A stretch of DNA of 64,000 bases from an uncultured virus (IMG/VR IMGVR_UViG_3300037524_000956). Lineage: Duplodnaviria; Heunggongvirae; Uroviricota; Caudoviricetes. The notes under the pieces were generated by a model, which was not told where the DNA came from, did no database searches, and saw only the letters and a list, made by a program, of their open reading frames with translations. The DNA lies in the IMG/VR virus record IMGVR_UViG_3300037524_000956. One strand, written 5' to 3'. Below are positions 54,452 to 63,849 of this stretch, piece by piece. The position numbers were made by a program, and so were the translations under genes. Position 1 is the first letter of the stretch; every line of letters starts with the position of its first letter.

Positions 54452-55095
54452 AACATCGCCCTCGCACTACCCTTTGATTCTAAATACTCGTAGTTAAACG
54501 CCCTACGCATGGGCACTAAATTAACTGTAAGATTAGCTTGCATCCGTTGTGTTTTCTTATTATCCGGCCATTCCAGCGAGGCAACCTTTAAAGCTTCCCA
54601 AACAACCAGCGAGTGAAACTTCTCATCCCAAATCGGCTCATCGCCTAAACTATCAAAGCCCGCTGGCTTGTACCACACATCACCCCAAATCTGCCACGCT
54701 TCCGTAGGGTCAGGTTCTATCCGATAATTACCATTTGGTAAAGATATGAAATAGCGTGGAGTACCTTGCATTTGCAAATTAACTTGTTCCTCTGCAACCC
54801 AGTTATCGTATTCCCAAAAGTACATAGGAAATCTTGCCGATTCCCCTACTTTGTTACAATATACCGAGTCTTTAGAAATTTCTTTAACATTATAAACTTC
54901 ATACTCAGCCTTCCCGGCTACCGTGGTTAATATCAAACCCCGGCTGTGGAAAAACTTCCATTGATCATACTCTATTTGAATACGCAAATACGCATCAGAA
55001 AGCCATTCGAAAATGGTTTGGGTAGAAACCATATAAGGCTCTACCTCATCGCCCATTGCAAGTCTTAACTTTGCAACCATTTCCGAAGCGGTCAT
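54448..55095 (-). CDS. Head-tail adaptor-like protein (paralog)
   Basis: MTASEMVAKLR...GTPRY...PDP...DEPIWDEKFHSLVV. Confidence 0.6.
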   Translation of the reverse strand: MTASEMVAKLRLAMGDEVEPYMVSTQTIFEWLSDAYLRIQIEYDQWKFFHSRGLILTTVAGKAEYEVYNVKEISKDSVYCNKVGESARFPMYFWEYDNWVAEEQVNLQMQGTPRYFISLPNGNYRIEPDPTEAWQIWGDVWYKPAGFDSLGDEPIWDEKFHSLVVWEALKVASLEWPDNKKTQRMQANLTVNLVPMRRAFNYEYLESKGSARAML

Positions 55096-55105
55096 TGCAA
55101 CACCT

Positions 55106-55564
55106 TTAAACTACTTGGTCTTTAATAGAGTCATACCACGCTTGCCCCTTAGGATTCTTGTCCCGATAGTGGTGCGGGTATCTTAAAATATTGTACGAAT
55201 TAGAGGTTTCAAACGTACTTCCATCGGCGGCCTTGCGATAGCCAAATTGCCAGCTTTCCCGTTTAGCCCGCACGATAATCTCAAGGACAAAACGCGGAAC
55301 AACTTGCCATTCGCCACGAAGCATATAATAGCTCTTGCCGTTTACGGAAATACTTACCAAACGAGTTGAATCGTTTTTGTCGTGCGAGGGTAAAATCATT
55401 ACCTCAACCGGTTCAGCCATAAAAGCCAAATCATGAGCGTATGAGCTTAATGCCTCGTTTTCAACAATCTGAATAGGACTTGTAAAAGAGTCATCTTCAG
55501 GTTGTTCCATATAACCTGTTAAGAGGGGGTCAGTATTCTCGGATTTTTTAGTATATGTTGCCAT
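55106..55564 (-). CDS. Conserved head-region protein
   Basis: AFMAEPVEV...VNGKSY...RG....VPR. Confidence 0.65.
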   Translation of the reverse strand: MATYTKKSENTDPLLTGYMEQPEDDSFTSPIQIVENEALSSYAHDLAFMAEPVEVMILPSHDKNDSTRLVSISVNGKSYYMLRGEWQVVPRFVLEIIVRAKRESWQFGYRKAADGSTFETSNSYNILRYPHHYRDKNPKGQAWYDSIKDQVV

Positions 55565-55569
55565 TGTGT

Positions 55570-55594
55570 AAAAGCGGGAGGGTTACTCCCGCTT
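55570..55594 (-). terminator. Rho-independent terminator
   Basis: AAGCGGGAG-N5-CTCCCGCTT with a T-run on the - strand. Confidence 0.7.
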
Positions 55595-55613
55595 CCTTTA
55601 AGGTTTGCGTAAA

Positions 55614-55638
55614 TACGAAACAATCGACCAGTTACGTA
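55614..55638. promoter_or_regulatory. Dispersed palindromic motif, copy 5
   Basis: TACGAAA-CAATCGACCAG-TTACGTA, intergenic. Confidence 0.65.
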
Positions 55639-55644
55639 TTGCCA

Positions 55645-56028
55645 TCAGCCCCACGCTTCAAAAAACGTATCGTCGTCATCGGTTTCAAGCGTCTTAACTG
55701 AAACATCAACAGTAAACCCAAGACCGTCGCTGGTTAGTGAAATGCCCGCAGCCTCATAAGTACGAGTACCATTAGCAATCGTTAACAAAGACTTCGCATT
55801 CGCACCAGCATCCAATCCGTAAGTTGTAGTACCTGTAGCCGCACCTGGGTCAACGTAGTGAGTAGCCTCAATCTTATCAGTCAGATTAACAACACGAATA
55901 ACTTGAGGTTTAAAACCCAATGTAATCGTGAAATCCGCCGCAGTACGAACACCAGTACGGATGCCGTAAGCATAACGACGACCCTCTTGGAGCAGATCGT
56001 ATTTTTCAGTATACAAGCCATTAGCCAT
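55645..56028 (-). CDS. Putative capsid-associated protein
   Basis: Follows the major capsid gene; LGFKPQVIRVVN. Confidence 0.6.
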   Translation of the reverse strand: MANGLYTEKYDLLQEGRRYAYGIRTGVRTAADFTITLGFKPQVIRVVNLTDKIEATHYVDPGAATGTTTYGLDAGANAKSLLTIANGTRTYEAAGISLTSDGLGFTVDVSVKTLETDDDDTFFEAWG

Positions 56029-56039
56029 TTCAAATCACC

Positions 56040-56606
56040 TTATCCGTTAAGCAAGAGCTTAGTGTATTCAAGCCAGACGCTATAAATGTACGTCGCGTCT
56101 CCGTCGTTAGTACCGCCGAGGGTAAGTACGACAGACAGTCCGCCTTTAGTAAACAGCGCAGGTACACCACAGCTAAACGTCAGTTCTGAAACTGCCGCGA
56201 CAATAGCAGTAGCTGCTGTTTGCTGAATATCCGAATTACCAACATCACCAGCCCCTGTTGGATAAACTTCACAATCCAGCGTAAGCTCATCATTATCGGC
56301 AGCTTTACCTACCAAAACATGAACTTCCACAGGATAATTGGGATCCATGTTAATAGGAACTGGTACAGTAAAGCCTAATGCTTCGCCGGCAGAACAATTA
56401 ACCGGAATGTTGATAACTGTTTCTTTATCAGCTAGTTGTGCATAACCAGCTACCGTAGTTGCTTGCTTAAGCAGTGCTGTGCCATCTTCTTGCGTAATGG
56501 CACCTAAAGGAACCGGAATAAAACCCTTTTCACTTAAAAGAGCTTTAACTGCGTCGGCACCAGGGGCACTGATAAAGCGAGCCAATTCATTAAGACCACC
56601 GCTCAT
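56040..56606 (-). CDS. Putative capsid decoration protein
   Basis: GGAGG RBS, directly after the major capsid gene. Confidence 0.6.
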   Translation of the reverse strand: MSGGLNELARFISAPGADAVKALLSEKGFIPVPLGAITQEDGTALLKQATTVAGYAQLADKETVINIPVNCSAGEALGFTVPVPINMDPNYPVEVHVLVGKAADNDELTLDCEVYPTGAGDVGNSDIQQTAATAIVAAVSELTFSCGVPALFTKGGLSVVLTLGGTNDGDATYIYSVWLEYTKLLLNG

Positions 56607-56617
56607 TTATTACCTCC

Positions 56618-56654
56618 AAAAAGGCAGGACACAAGAGTTAGCATTGTGTCCTGC
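56618..56654 (-). terminator. Terminator after the major capsid gene
   Basis: GCAGGACACAA-N9-TTGTGTCCTGC then T5 on the - strand. Confidence 0.75.
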
Positions 56655-56670
56655 AAGTCCCCTACCACCA

Positions 56671-57747
56671 TTACGCTTCCGTTCCGACCCAGGCGATGGC
56701 CATCCAATCGTCGTTTAAGATCGCTTGTGCTTGCCAGGTCATTGCACTTACATACCCCCGCTGCCCGAGCGGATCTACCTTCGACTTATCCGACGGTGGG
56801 AAGTGATTAGCGTCAACACTATCAAACCCACGCAGCGGAACCTGCCCAAACGCATCACCACCACTATTACCACGGCCCATGATAATCAGCGGATAAACGT
56901 CAATGTTAGTGCCACCGTTGGACTTGGGAGTAAACCCAGCGACCGCCGCACCTACCAACGCCCCGACACCGGGGCGGTAAGTAAGAATAGGATTCACAAT
57001 AATCCGAAAGCGACCAAGCGCACCAATTTCAAACTCAGGATCAAGCAACTGATTCGAGCCGTAATCCTGAACCTTAGTAAACCCAGGAATGTTCTCAAAG
57101 GTCTTTTCCATATCGGTATGACAGTACACCGGCCAAGAAGCATTAACCGATTGCATACCAAAATCAGGACCAGACTTTAACATCTTGTTGATGGTTGTAG
57201 CGTGCTTGCCAAGTAACGCCCGCGAAATGTTTTGGAACATAGCCTTAGTCGGCGGACCATTAACCGTACCAACTGTCGTACCCGTGCCACCGAAGAAATC
57301 ATTAGTACAGGATTTTAGTTCCCCATACACCATCATTTCCCGGCAAAGCGCGATACGAGTAGCCGCTTGATCTTCCATTTCCCGAGGGATAGTAACACCC
57401 TCTTCATGCAAGTACCGCAGCTTGTTAGAGTAACTATACAAGCAGCCAATTTCTTGCAACGTGGTGGAAGTTGTTGTCCACGCAATCGAGTCCGGCGAGG
57501 GAGTTACACCCTCTTGAATAACGTGCTTGGCGATAAAGGCAGTATCACCACCCGCAGCCATCCACTCGTTATCAACGCCGCCGTAAGGCAAAAACCGCAT
57601 CCACTCAATAGTCTGCGATACGTTTTGCGGAAATGGCTCCATCGCGCCGAGCTTTGTAAGCATTTCCTTCGTTTGTGCTTTAGCAAGGATTCGCCCTTTA
57701 TATTTTTCAAGGCGACCAACTTGCGTACTATAATTCATGCCAGCCAT
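56671..57747 (-). CDS. Major capsid protein, N4-gp56-like family
   Basis: EGVTP, EIGALGRFRI, DVYP, DPLGQRGYV...ILNDDWM. Confidence 0.88.
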   Translation of the reverse strand: MAGMNYSTQVGRLEKYKGRILAKAQTKEMLTKLGAMEPFPQNVSQTIEWMRFLPYGGVDNEWMAAGGDTAFIAKHVIQEGVTPSPDSIAWTTTSTTLQEIGCLYSYSNKLRYLHEEGVTIPREMEDQAATRIALCREMMVYGELKSCTNDFFGGTGTTVGTVNGPPTKAMFQNISRALLGKHATTINKMLKSGPDFGMQSVNASWPVYCHTDMEKTFENIPGFTKVQDYGSNQLLDPEFEIGALGRFRIIVNPILTYRPGVGALVGAAVAGFTPKSNGGTNIDVYPLIIMGRGNSGGDAFGQVPLRGFDSVDANHFPPSDKSKVDPLGQRGYVSAMTWQAQAILNDDWMAIAWVGTEA

Positions 57748-57749
57748 TG

Positions 57750-58529
57750 TTATCTACCCTCTGAGGCAACTTCTTCGAATGCAGCCAAGAACGCATCTTG
57801 TGAAGATTGCGCTCCAGCATCTCTAGTACGTCGAGATTGGCTTGCCGGGACTTGCCCCTGAGCCAGACGAGAAGTTTTATCACTAGCACTTTTCGTCTTT
57901 TCCTGTTTTCTACCCTGCTCCCACGCCTCGAATTTTCTAAGCGCGTTGACGTATGGAGCTCCAAAGCTCAAAAGAGACTGTTGGGTTTGATACCCCTGTT
58001 GGGAATACCATTCGATAAAATCTTTGTGCCGCTGTCCCTCGGGCGCAAATTTCCCGTTTTGTACTGGAGGTATAATTTCCTCTAGCGCTTCGGGAGGGTA
58101 AACCGACAAAACTAACTGCTGCCCGTAAGCCTCAGTTATTTTGGATAGTGCAGGGTCGAGATAAGGCCGAAGAGCCGCTTCGTCTAAAGGTGAAGTTTGA
58201 ATCGCCTCGGACAAAGCCGGGATAAGAATTTCAGCCAATTTCGGGTCGTAATCTTCTAAAACCTTTTTGAGTTTATCGGAATTAAAAGATGTTCTTGACC
58301 CTAAAGATTTCTCCAACCCAAGTAGCCGTTCCTGTAGCTGAGAAAGATTCCCATTAAACCTAGACTCCACACCACTAATATGTTCGGGGAAGTCTGATAC
58401 ACGTTGAAGCCTAGAATACACATCATCTTCGGAGAGATCCCGTAAAAACGGAGTTACTTCCTCCGCCCCGGAATCGTCGGGAGTTGAGTTTACATCTTCG
58501 TATTCCAGTTCGTTGGACTGTTCAGTCAT
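57750..58529 (-). CDS. Capsid scaffolding protein
   Basis: Acidic helical protein between portal and capsid genes. Confidence 0.6.
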   Translation of the reverse strand: MTEQSNELEYEDVNSTPDDSGAEEVTPFLRDLSEDDVYSRLQRVSDFPEHISGVESRFNGNLSQLQERLLGLEKSLGSRTSFNSDKLKKVLEDYDPKLAEILIPALSEAIQTSPLDEAALRPYLDPALSKITEAYGQQLVLSVYPPEALEEIIPPVQNGKFAPEGQRHKDFIEWYSQQGYQTQQSLLSFGAPYVNALRKFEAWEQGRKQEKTKSASDKTSRLAQGQVPASQSRRTRDAGAQSSQDAFLAAFEEVASEGR

Positions 58530-58726
58530 TTTGTATTTTCCGTTAATTGTTGTATCAGGGTTTTTAACTCTGCGTAGTGGCCCCGGAGAGCCTCTGTAGT
58601 TGCGTGGTCAGTACCTGGTACAGCAATACGTTCTATGACGAGATTAGCACGTTCTACTAAAAATTGCAAAAAACGCATAGGGTCAATATACCAAGTACCA
58701 TACACTTGCACTAACGCATCTTTCAT
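58526..58726 (-). CDS. Hypothetical head-region protein
   Basis: TEALRG motif, ATGA overlaps. Confidence 0.65.
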   Translation of the reverse strand: MKDALVQVYGTWYIDPMRFLQFLVERANLVIERIAVPGTDHATTEALRGHYAELKTLIQQLTENTK

Positions 58727-60840
58727 TGTAACCCCAATGTGTTAAGCGCTGCTGCAACATCTATCTCAGGTGTCTCAGCCTTCGCCGGGGTAAGTGGTTT
58801 CGCGCCGGGAAGTTCTTCGGCACGTTTTTGCTCAACGTCCATGTCCTTTTGGGCTATCGCTGTATCCGATTTAATTTGTGCCTCAGCTTGCGCTTGCTGT
58901 AGCGACAGCCGTTTAAACTGCGCCTCGAGTGCCAATTTAAGCGTATCAACCTCTTTCCTAAGATCCGCTTTATACACTTCAGTTTGAGCTTCAATTTGTG
59001 CCGCCGTCACCTTTGGATCAGGTTGTTGCTCCGCCGCCTCCAGCCGTTGCCGTTCCTCATCAGTAAGCGCCAGGGATTCAATATCAATTTGGAACCCCTC
59101 AAGGTAAACCTGCATCCACTTCCGGGGCGAAATCCCATAAACTGGCTGAAGAACCTGTTGGGCAATTTGCAACAGGGCTTGCTGCTGTAACTCCTTCACG
59201 ATAAGTGTTGTAGAGCCTAAAGGCTCTACCACCGCATCTCCTTGCGCCTCCTCCGGTCCGTATAACTGTACCCACTCGTAAAAGTTTTCCAGCAACGGTT
59301 TACAAGTTTTATCATCCCATTCCTTAACAATAAGCCGAAGATTTGTCGTGGAATTGTTCATTAACTGCTGTGACACTCCAACAGCGTCAGTAACAGCTTG
59401 TCCCTGCAATAGCAAGCTTAACCCGGTGGTGTCCTCTGCCATTTTTAACCAGTATTGAATAACTGGCATAATATCGTTTAAGTAATTAGGAAACTCTAAA
59501 AACGCCATTGCATTTTTAGCTTCCGTCATCGCGTCGATTCCTGGCAAGCCGGATTTCACCCGCCACCGCTTGTATGGCCGAAGTTTGGTGTCCTCACCGT
59601 CAATGGGTTCTATAAGGCCGTCCATTTCCAGCACCTGTGGTCCGACAGAATACCCCATATTATCCATCAAGGCACGAACAGACGCAGTAAGCCCTCGTTG
59701 TGGAGTCTCCATTTGCTCTGGGATTCCGATTCCCGCCCAAGAGTTATCTCTTGGCTCCCAGCAAACCAGATGATACGGGAACTTTTCAGTTTCCAGCGGA
59801 AACGGGGCGATTTTAATAATCCGATCATTAAGCATCGTTATTACGCCAAAACCCAGCGAACGCTCCTCGTTTTTATCCTTCCACTCAATCACCCCGGTTC
59901 TGACCCAAAGGGCGTAAGGCTTTTTGGAGTCTTTTCTTTTAGCCATATTATCATCTTGCGGCCCCTCATCCAACGCCAGTTTAATAGCATCGGCGAAGTA
60001 ATTGGGGTCTTTCGCCATGTCCTGCAACTGCCGCTTTGTTACCTCAGGTATTTTCTCAAAGAAGAACTTACCATTTTGAATATCAGTACCACAATCCGGG
60101 TCAGGGTAACAGTTTTCCACCTTAATACACTCAATTTGCGGAGTGTAAAATAGCATAGTTTCTAGTTCTTTTAAAAGCATTTCCGCCGTGAATTCATCCG
60201 TACTAGCTGGGATGAACTCCAGGATTTTTGTAGTGTCACTACTTAGCCGGCGTTCCTTCGGAAACGGGCCTTTAATCACCCCAGTGCCAACTATCCCCGA
60301 TTCTACCAACTGCCGCCTTACTACGCCGGCCCACCCAGACTCCTTAAGCCAATCTTTAATAATCGTCTCAGCGACTTGTATCGCGGCAGCGGCAGAATTC
60401 TCATCCTGTATCTTGCGAGCAATGTCTGGCAGAAAAACAGGAATTTGCTGCATAATATTTGGGTATTTTGCAAGAATCCCGAAAACCGTTTGCAAGTCAC
60501 TTACAGGTGTGGCTTTTAACGCCCAGGGCATCTTTCCCGTAGGAAGCAAAATATCTGCAACCCGAGCTGTGCCAGCGTTTGTATAAGGGCGAGTGATGTT
60601 GACCAGGACGGTAGAGCGGTCGTTTTCGAGTCTTTCACGGAGGGGAGTTACTGAGGAATTTAATGTCTCACCCTTTTCATACTCGGTTGTTGTTCGGTTA
60701 AGAGCATCGACACCCTTGTATTGGTTCCGGGCGGACTGCCAAATACGGTCAAGCTCCTTTCTCCCGGAAATGGCTCGCTTGCGCTCGTCGCAAAGGGTTG
60801 CAACTAAGCACTCAAGACTTTCGTTCTCAGGCAATTCCAT
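58723..60840 (-). CDS. Portal protein (P22/podovirus-like)
   Basis: GTGVIKGP, CYPDP, GIGIPE, AEDTTG, Gln-rich C-terminal coil; start moved to MELPEN. Confidence 0.82.
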   Translation of the reverse strand: MELPENESLECLVATLCDERKRAISGRKELDRIWQSARNQYKGVDALNRTTTEYEKGETLNSSVTPLRERLENDRSTVLVNITRPYTNAGTARVADILLPTGKMPWALKATPVSDLQTVFGILAKYPNIMQQIPVFLPDIARKIQDENSAAAAIQVAETIIKDWLKESGWAGVVRRQLVESGIVGTGVIKGPFPKERRLSSDTTKILEFIPASTDEFTAEMLLKELETMLFYTPQIECIKVENCYPDPDCGTDIQNGKFFFEKIPEVTKRQLQDMAKDPNYFADAIKLALDEGPQDDNMAKRKDSKKPYALWVRTGVIEWKDKNEERSLGFGVITMLNDRIIKIAPFPLETEKFPYHLVCWEPRDNSWAGIGIPEQMETPQRGLTASVRALMDNMGYSVGPQVLEMDGLIEPIDGEDTKLRPYKRWRVKSGLPGIDAMTEAKNAMAFLEFPNYLNDIMPVIQYWLKMAEDTTGLSLLLQGQAVTDAVGVSQQLMNNSTTNLRLIVKEWDDKTCKPLLENFYEWVQLYGPEEAQGDAVVEPLGSTTLIVKELQQQALLQIAQQVLQPVYGISPRKWMQVYLEGFQIDIESLALTDEERQRLEAAEQQPDPKVTAAQIEAQTEVYKADLRKEVDTLKLALEAQFKRLSLQQAQAEAQIKSDTAIAQKDMDVEQKRAEELPGAKPLTPAKAETPEIDVAAALNTLGLQ

Positions 60841-60978
60841 AAAACCCCCTAATAAACTCCACAAAAAATCGAATAAGTTTTCCCGATAACAAAAGTATCG
60901 CGGTGCCTATATAAACTAAAGCAACAAGCATAAACCAGTCAGCTATTACTTTATTACGACCTGTTAATCTATAACGAA

Positions 60979-61197
60979 TCATGCAGCCTCCCACATTGGC
61001 TCAATCGCTTCCGGGGTAGGTCCGATCTTGGTTATTTCCTCCTTCGCCGGCGGAGGGGTTAATTCTTTAAGCATTTCAGGCTCAAGTAACGCATATAACC
61101 TTTTAACTTCTTTCGCAAGTGTAAAGCAAATGTTTTCACCATTGCAATTTATCGGGGCACATGTTTCTGCTCTCTGTAAGGCTTCTTTAATGTTCAT
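60979..61197 (-). CDS. Hypothetical protein
   Basis: ATGA-coupled to the dfrB-like gene. Confidence 0.55.
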   Translation of the reverse strand: MNIKEALQRAETCAPINCNGENICFTLAKEVKRLYALLEPEMLKELTPPPAKEEITKIGPTPEAIEPMWEAA

Positions 61198-61421
61198 TCA
61201 ATTCTCTTTAAGGCTGTCGCCGGGTAAATTTGTACAGAACCAGTTTCAGAAGAACTCTCAACAGCGTATCCTTCGGGGGTTAAATTTGTAGAGTACCAGC
61301 CGACTATTTTACCCTGCCAGCAGGAACCCTTAATCTTTTTAACAACATCTCCGTATTTAAAAGTTGGGTGACTAATAGTAGGCCAGGGAAATAAACAGTA
61401 AGTTACTGAAAAGTCATTCAT
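61194..61421 (-). CDS. dfrB: Type B (R67-like) dihydrofolate reductase homolog
   Basis: [33 protein letters not shown]...GSVQIYP matches the R67/DfrB core, including the VQIY motif. Confidence 0.9.
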   Translation of the reverse strand: MNDFSVTYCLFPWPTISHPTFKYGDVVKKIKGSCWQGKIVGWYSTNLTPEGYAVESSSETGSVQIYPATALKRIE

Positions 61422-61422
61422 T

Positions 61423-63036
61423 TTAATATCCCATTACCGCGTCTAAGGGTCGCCAACCAGCCTTTGTACTCTTAAATTCCATCCCAGTATTTACTCCTTT
61501 TATCGGCCTCGCCCGCGTGGGTACAAACGTAAGCACAAACGCATCCCAGTGATCAGGGCTTCGCGAGGCGTTTTTCTGCGACCGAGTACGGCCTAAAGCG
61601 AATCTCGCCCGGTAATCGTCTTTGGACTCAATTAATAAAAGCCCACCTTTGTACTCGAATTGAATTGCGGTAGCTTGTGCTACAAACGTAGGGTTGTCCG
61701 GGAGGGAAATTTCCAAATCTTCAATATAATCCACCGCCTGCGAGTGCAAGTACGCCCGCAAGTTATAATTCTTCCCATCTGAAAGTTTCGCCCCGGTATG
61801 CACAGCCAACGTGATAGAGCTAAATGGGCCGTATTTTAACTGATCAGCGGCGGAGCCACCAGGCCCGTCCCGCTCAATCGCAATGAGTTCCACTGGGCCG
61901 GTGTTTAATAGCTTTTTAACCTTGTACTCGATAATCGTAGCAAGTTGAACTCCGTCGAGTTTCCTATACGTTTCAGGTTCGATAGACAACCGACCCCGCC
62001 TCGCCCAAATTACAATCTCATCATTACCCATTCCGGCGGCGTCTACCCCGATCCGCCAGGGAGTCGTGTCAGGTTGCTCGATAGACCCTGGCCGGCGGGA
62101 GATTGCTGCCTGGATTTTGTTGTGATCTACTAAAGTGTTTGAAACAGACGCCGCATAATTCCGATCTACCTGGGAGGCCAGCGTAGTGGGTAACAACTCA
62201 AGCTTTTGCTTTTTATACCAGGGTTCTTCCTCAGGCTCAAGATCAAGGTTTTGCCGTTTTCTTGGATCCTCTTTCCAGTCGAATATAAAAATTTGTTCTT
62301 TAGGCAAAAACTGTCGCAGTATATAAAACAGGTTCCCAATCCCATTCACCGTTGAGATATAAATCCGGCAGTTTGTCGTAGCCGATAGGGAAGACTCCGC
62401 CATATCTGGATGTTCTAAATGCGCGAACTCATCCACAAAGTATAAACCCGCCCGGCCACCACGCCCAATCTCATCACCGATTTCACCCTTAATCACCGAG
62501 TTGTTTAACAAATTCGGAACGGTTCCCCACTTCCGCCCCGCAGTGTGTTCAGAGTGGAGGAACTCCGCCGGAAGGTTGTCGATAAAGGCTCGTACTTTCC
62601 AAAAGATAGAATCCGGGTCGTGCTCGCCGTTATCTACAAGCTCTTTCTTACGGCTTCCAAACCCAACGACTGAGGAAGGATAAAACAGCCAAACGCAAAC
62701 TGCACACGCAGCGCATAACCAGGTAAAGCCTACGTCACGAGATTTTTCCCCAAGTCCCCGACGGGAGTTAATGTAAGAATCGTATACCCAATTAACGAAT
62801 TCCACTTGTCTTGGGAAGAGAATAAACGGAAAGTACTTGTCTTTCGGCTCACGAGGATCAAAAGTCATTCCCCAGTCGTTTATGAAATCCGCCCAGTGGG
62901 TTGAATAATAGTCCATTAATTTACTTAACGCGGCGGGATTCTTTCTCAGCCGGGAAAGAGCATCCAATCGGAACTCAAAGACACTTTTGTAATCCGGATT
63001 TACCCAGTTGAATTTGGACGGATCAAACTCATTCAT
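61423..63036 (-). CDS. terL: Terminase large subunit
   Basis: [46 protein letters not shown]. Confidence 0.92.
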   Translation of the reverse strand: MNEFDPSKFNWVNPDYKSVFEFRLDALSRLRKNPAALSKLMDYYSTHWADFINDWGMTFDPREPKDKYFPFILFPRQVEFVNWVYDSYINSRRGLGEKSRDVGFTWLCAACAVCVWLFYPSSVVGFGSRKKELVDNGEHDPDSIFWKVRAFIDNLPAEFLHSEHTAGRKWGTVPNLLNNSVIKGEIGDEIGRGGRAGLYFVDEFAHLEHPDMAESSLSATTNCRIYISTVNGIGNLFYILRQFLPKEQIFIFDWKEDPRKRQNLDLEPEEEPWYKKQKLELLPTTLASQVDRNYAASVSNTLVDHNKIQAAISRRPGSIEQPDTTPWRIGVDAAGMGNDEIVIWARRGRLSIEPETYRKLDGVQLATIIEYKVKKLLNTGPVELIAIERDGPGGSAADQLKYGPFSSITLAVHTGAKLSDGKNYNLRAYLHSQAVDYIEDLEISLPDNPTFVAQATAIQFEYKGGLLLIESKDDYRARFALGRTRSQKNASRSPDHWDAFVLTFVPTRARPIKGVNTGMEFKSTKAGWRPLDAVMGY

Positions 63037-63625
63037 CTTCCCATCCCTCTGTTATGATGGTTAAAGCCCGCCGGGTGGGGGGTTGTTGCACAGGCTTTTT
63101 AATCACCGTCGGCTCCTGCTCTTCCCCAGGGATATACCCTCGCCGCTTTAACAACCTTACGTATGTTTCGATTGGATCTTCGTTGTCAAACTCAGCATCG
63201 GAGCGAGCTGCACCGTGTACGTTCGTTTGTAATAGGATTTCCTTTCGATCATTGAAGAACTGTACCGCCGGCGCACCTACAGGCTCGTCAGGGTCGAAAT
63301 CGGGGATGTTCTTAAGCATGAAAATCGGCCCGGTGGCATTGCCATATCCAATTAACTCCTCATACCCGGAGGCAATAGCAATCATACACCTGCTTATCAC
63401 GTAACGAAGTTCAGGAATACGCTGGCCGAGCCGCAAAAGTGACGTGGGGCCGGGGAGGCCGACGGAGAGTGCATACCCGGTTACTGTCGGTCGGTTGCCC
63501 GTGTCAGCGCACTCGTTGAAGTATATGTTGGAGCGGGCGATAAAATCCTCCACCCCCGCCGGAGGACTTACGGTGGCCGGATTGCGCTTCCATTCGGGGA
63601 CGAAGGTGGCGGGGGCGGAAGACAT
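63029..63625 (-). CDS. Terminase small subunit
   Basis: YF.EC...PTVTGYALSVG...IFMLKN pattern, directly upstream of terL. Confidence 0.7.
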   Translation of the reverse strand: MSSAPATFVPEWKRNPATVSPPAGVEDFIARSNIYFNECADTGNRPTVTGYALSVGLPGPTSLLRLGQRIPELRYVISRCMIAIASGYEELIGYGNATGPIFMLKNIPDFDPDEPVGAPAVQFFNDRKEILLQTNVHGAARSDAEFDNEDPIETYVRLLKRRGYIPGEEQEPTVIKKPVQQPPTRRALTIITEGWEDE

Positions 63626-63627
63626 TT

Positions 63628-63849
63628 TTATTTAGCTTCCCACCGCTTTCCGCTCATTCCACATTTAGCGAAGAACTTACGTTTTCGTTCATCGTGACAA
63701 TCCGTTCCACGTCCAGTCACCTTAGACGCTAAAGCATAAGGATCATTACCGTTCACCACCGGATGAATGCAGTGTAAGCTCCATGAACTATTTTCATCAG
63801 GTTCACTATACTTACACTCTCTACATAAAGCAGGAAATGGTTTATTCAT
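63628..63849 (-). CDS. Small Cys-rich hypothetical protein
   Basis: AAGGA RBS; CRECKY...C...C...CG. Confidence 0.6.
   Translation of the reverse strand: MNKPFPALCRECKYSEPDENSSWSLHCIHPVVNGNDPYALASKVTGRGTDCHDERKRKFFAKCGMSGKRWEAK

Noticed and set aside
5391..55638. Dispersed palindromes as CRISPR repeats, dif sites or attC sites
   Set aside because: They are isolated, have variable centres, do not match XerC/D arms or attC R/L boxes, and no recombinase gene was seen
60865..61421. dfrB as an integron gene cassette
   Set aside because: No attC-like inverted repeat seen; the gene is tightly coupled to terL and to the downstream ORF
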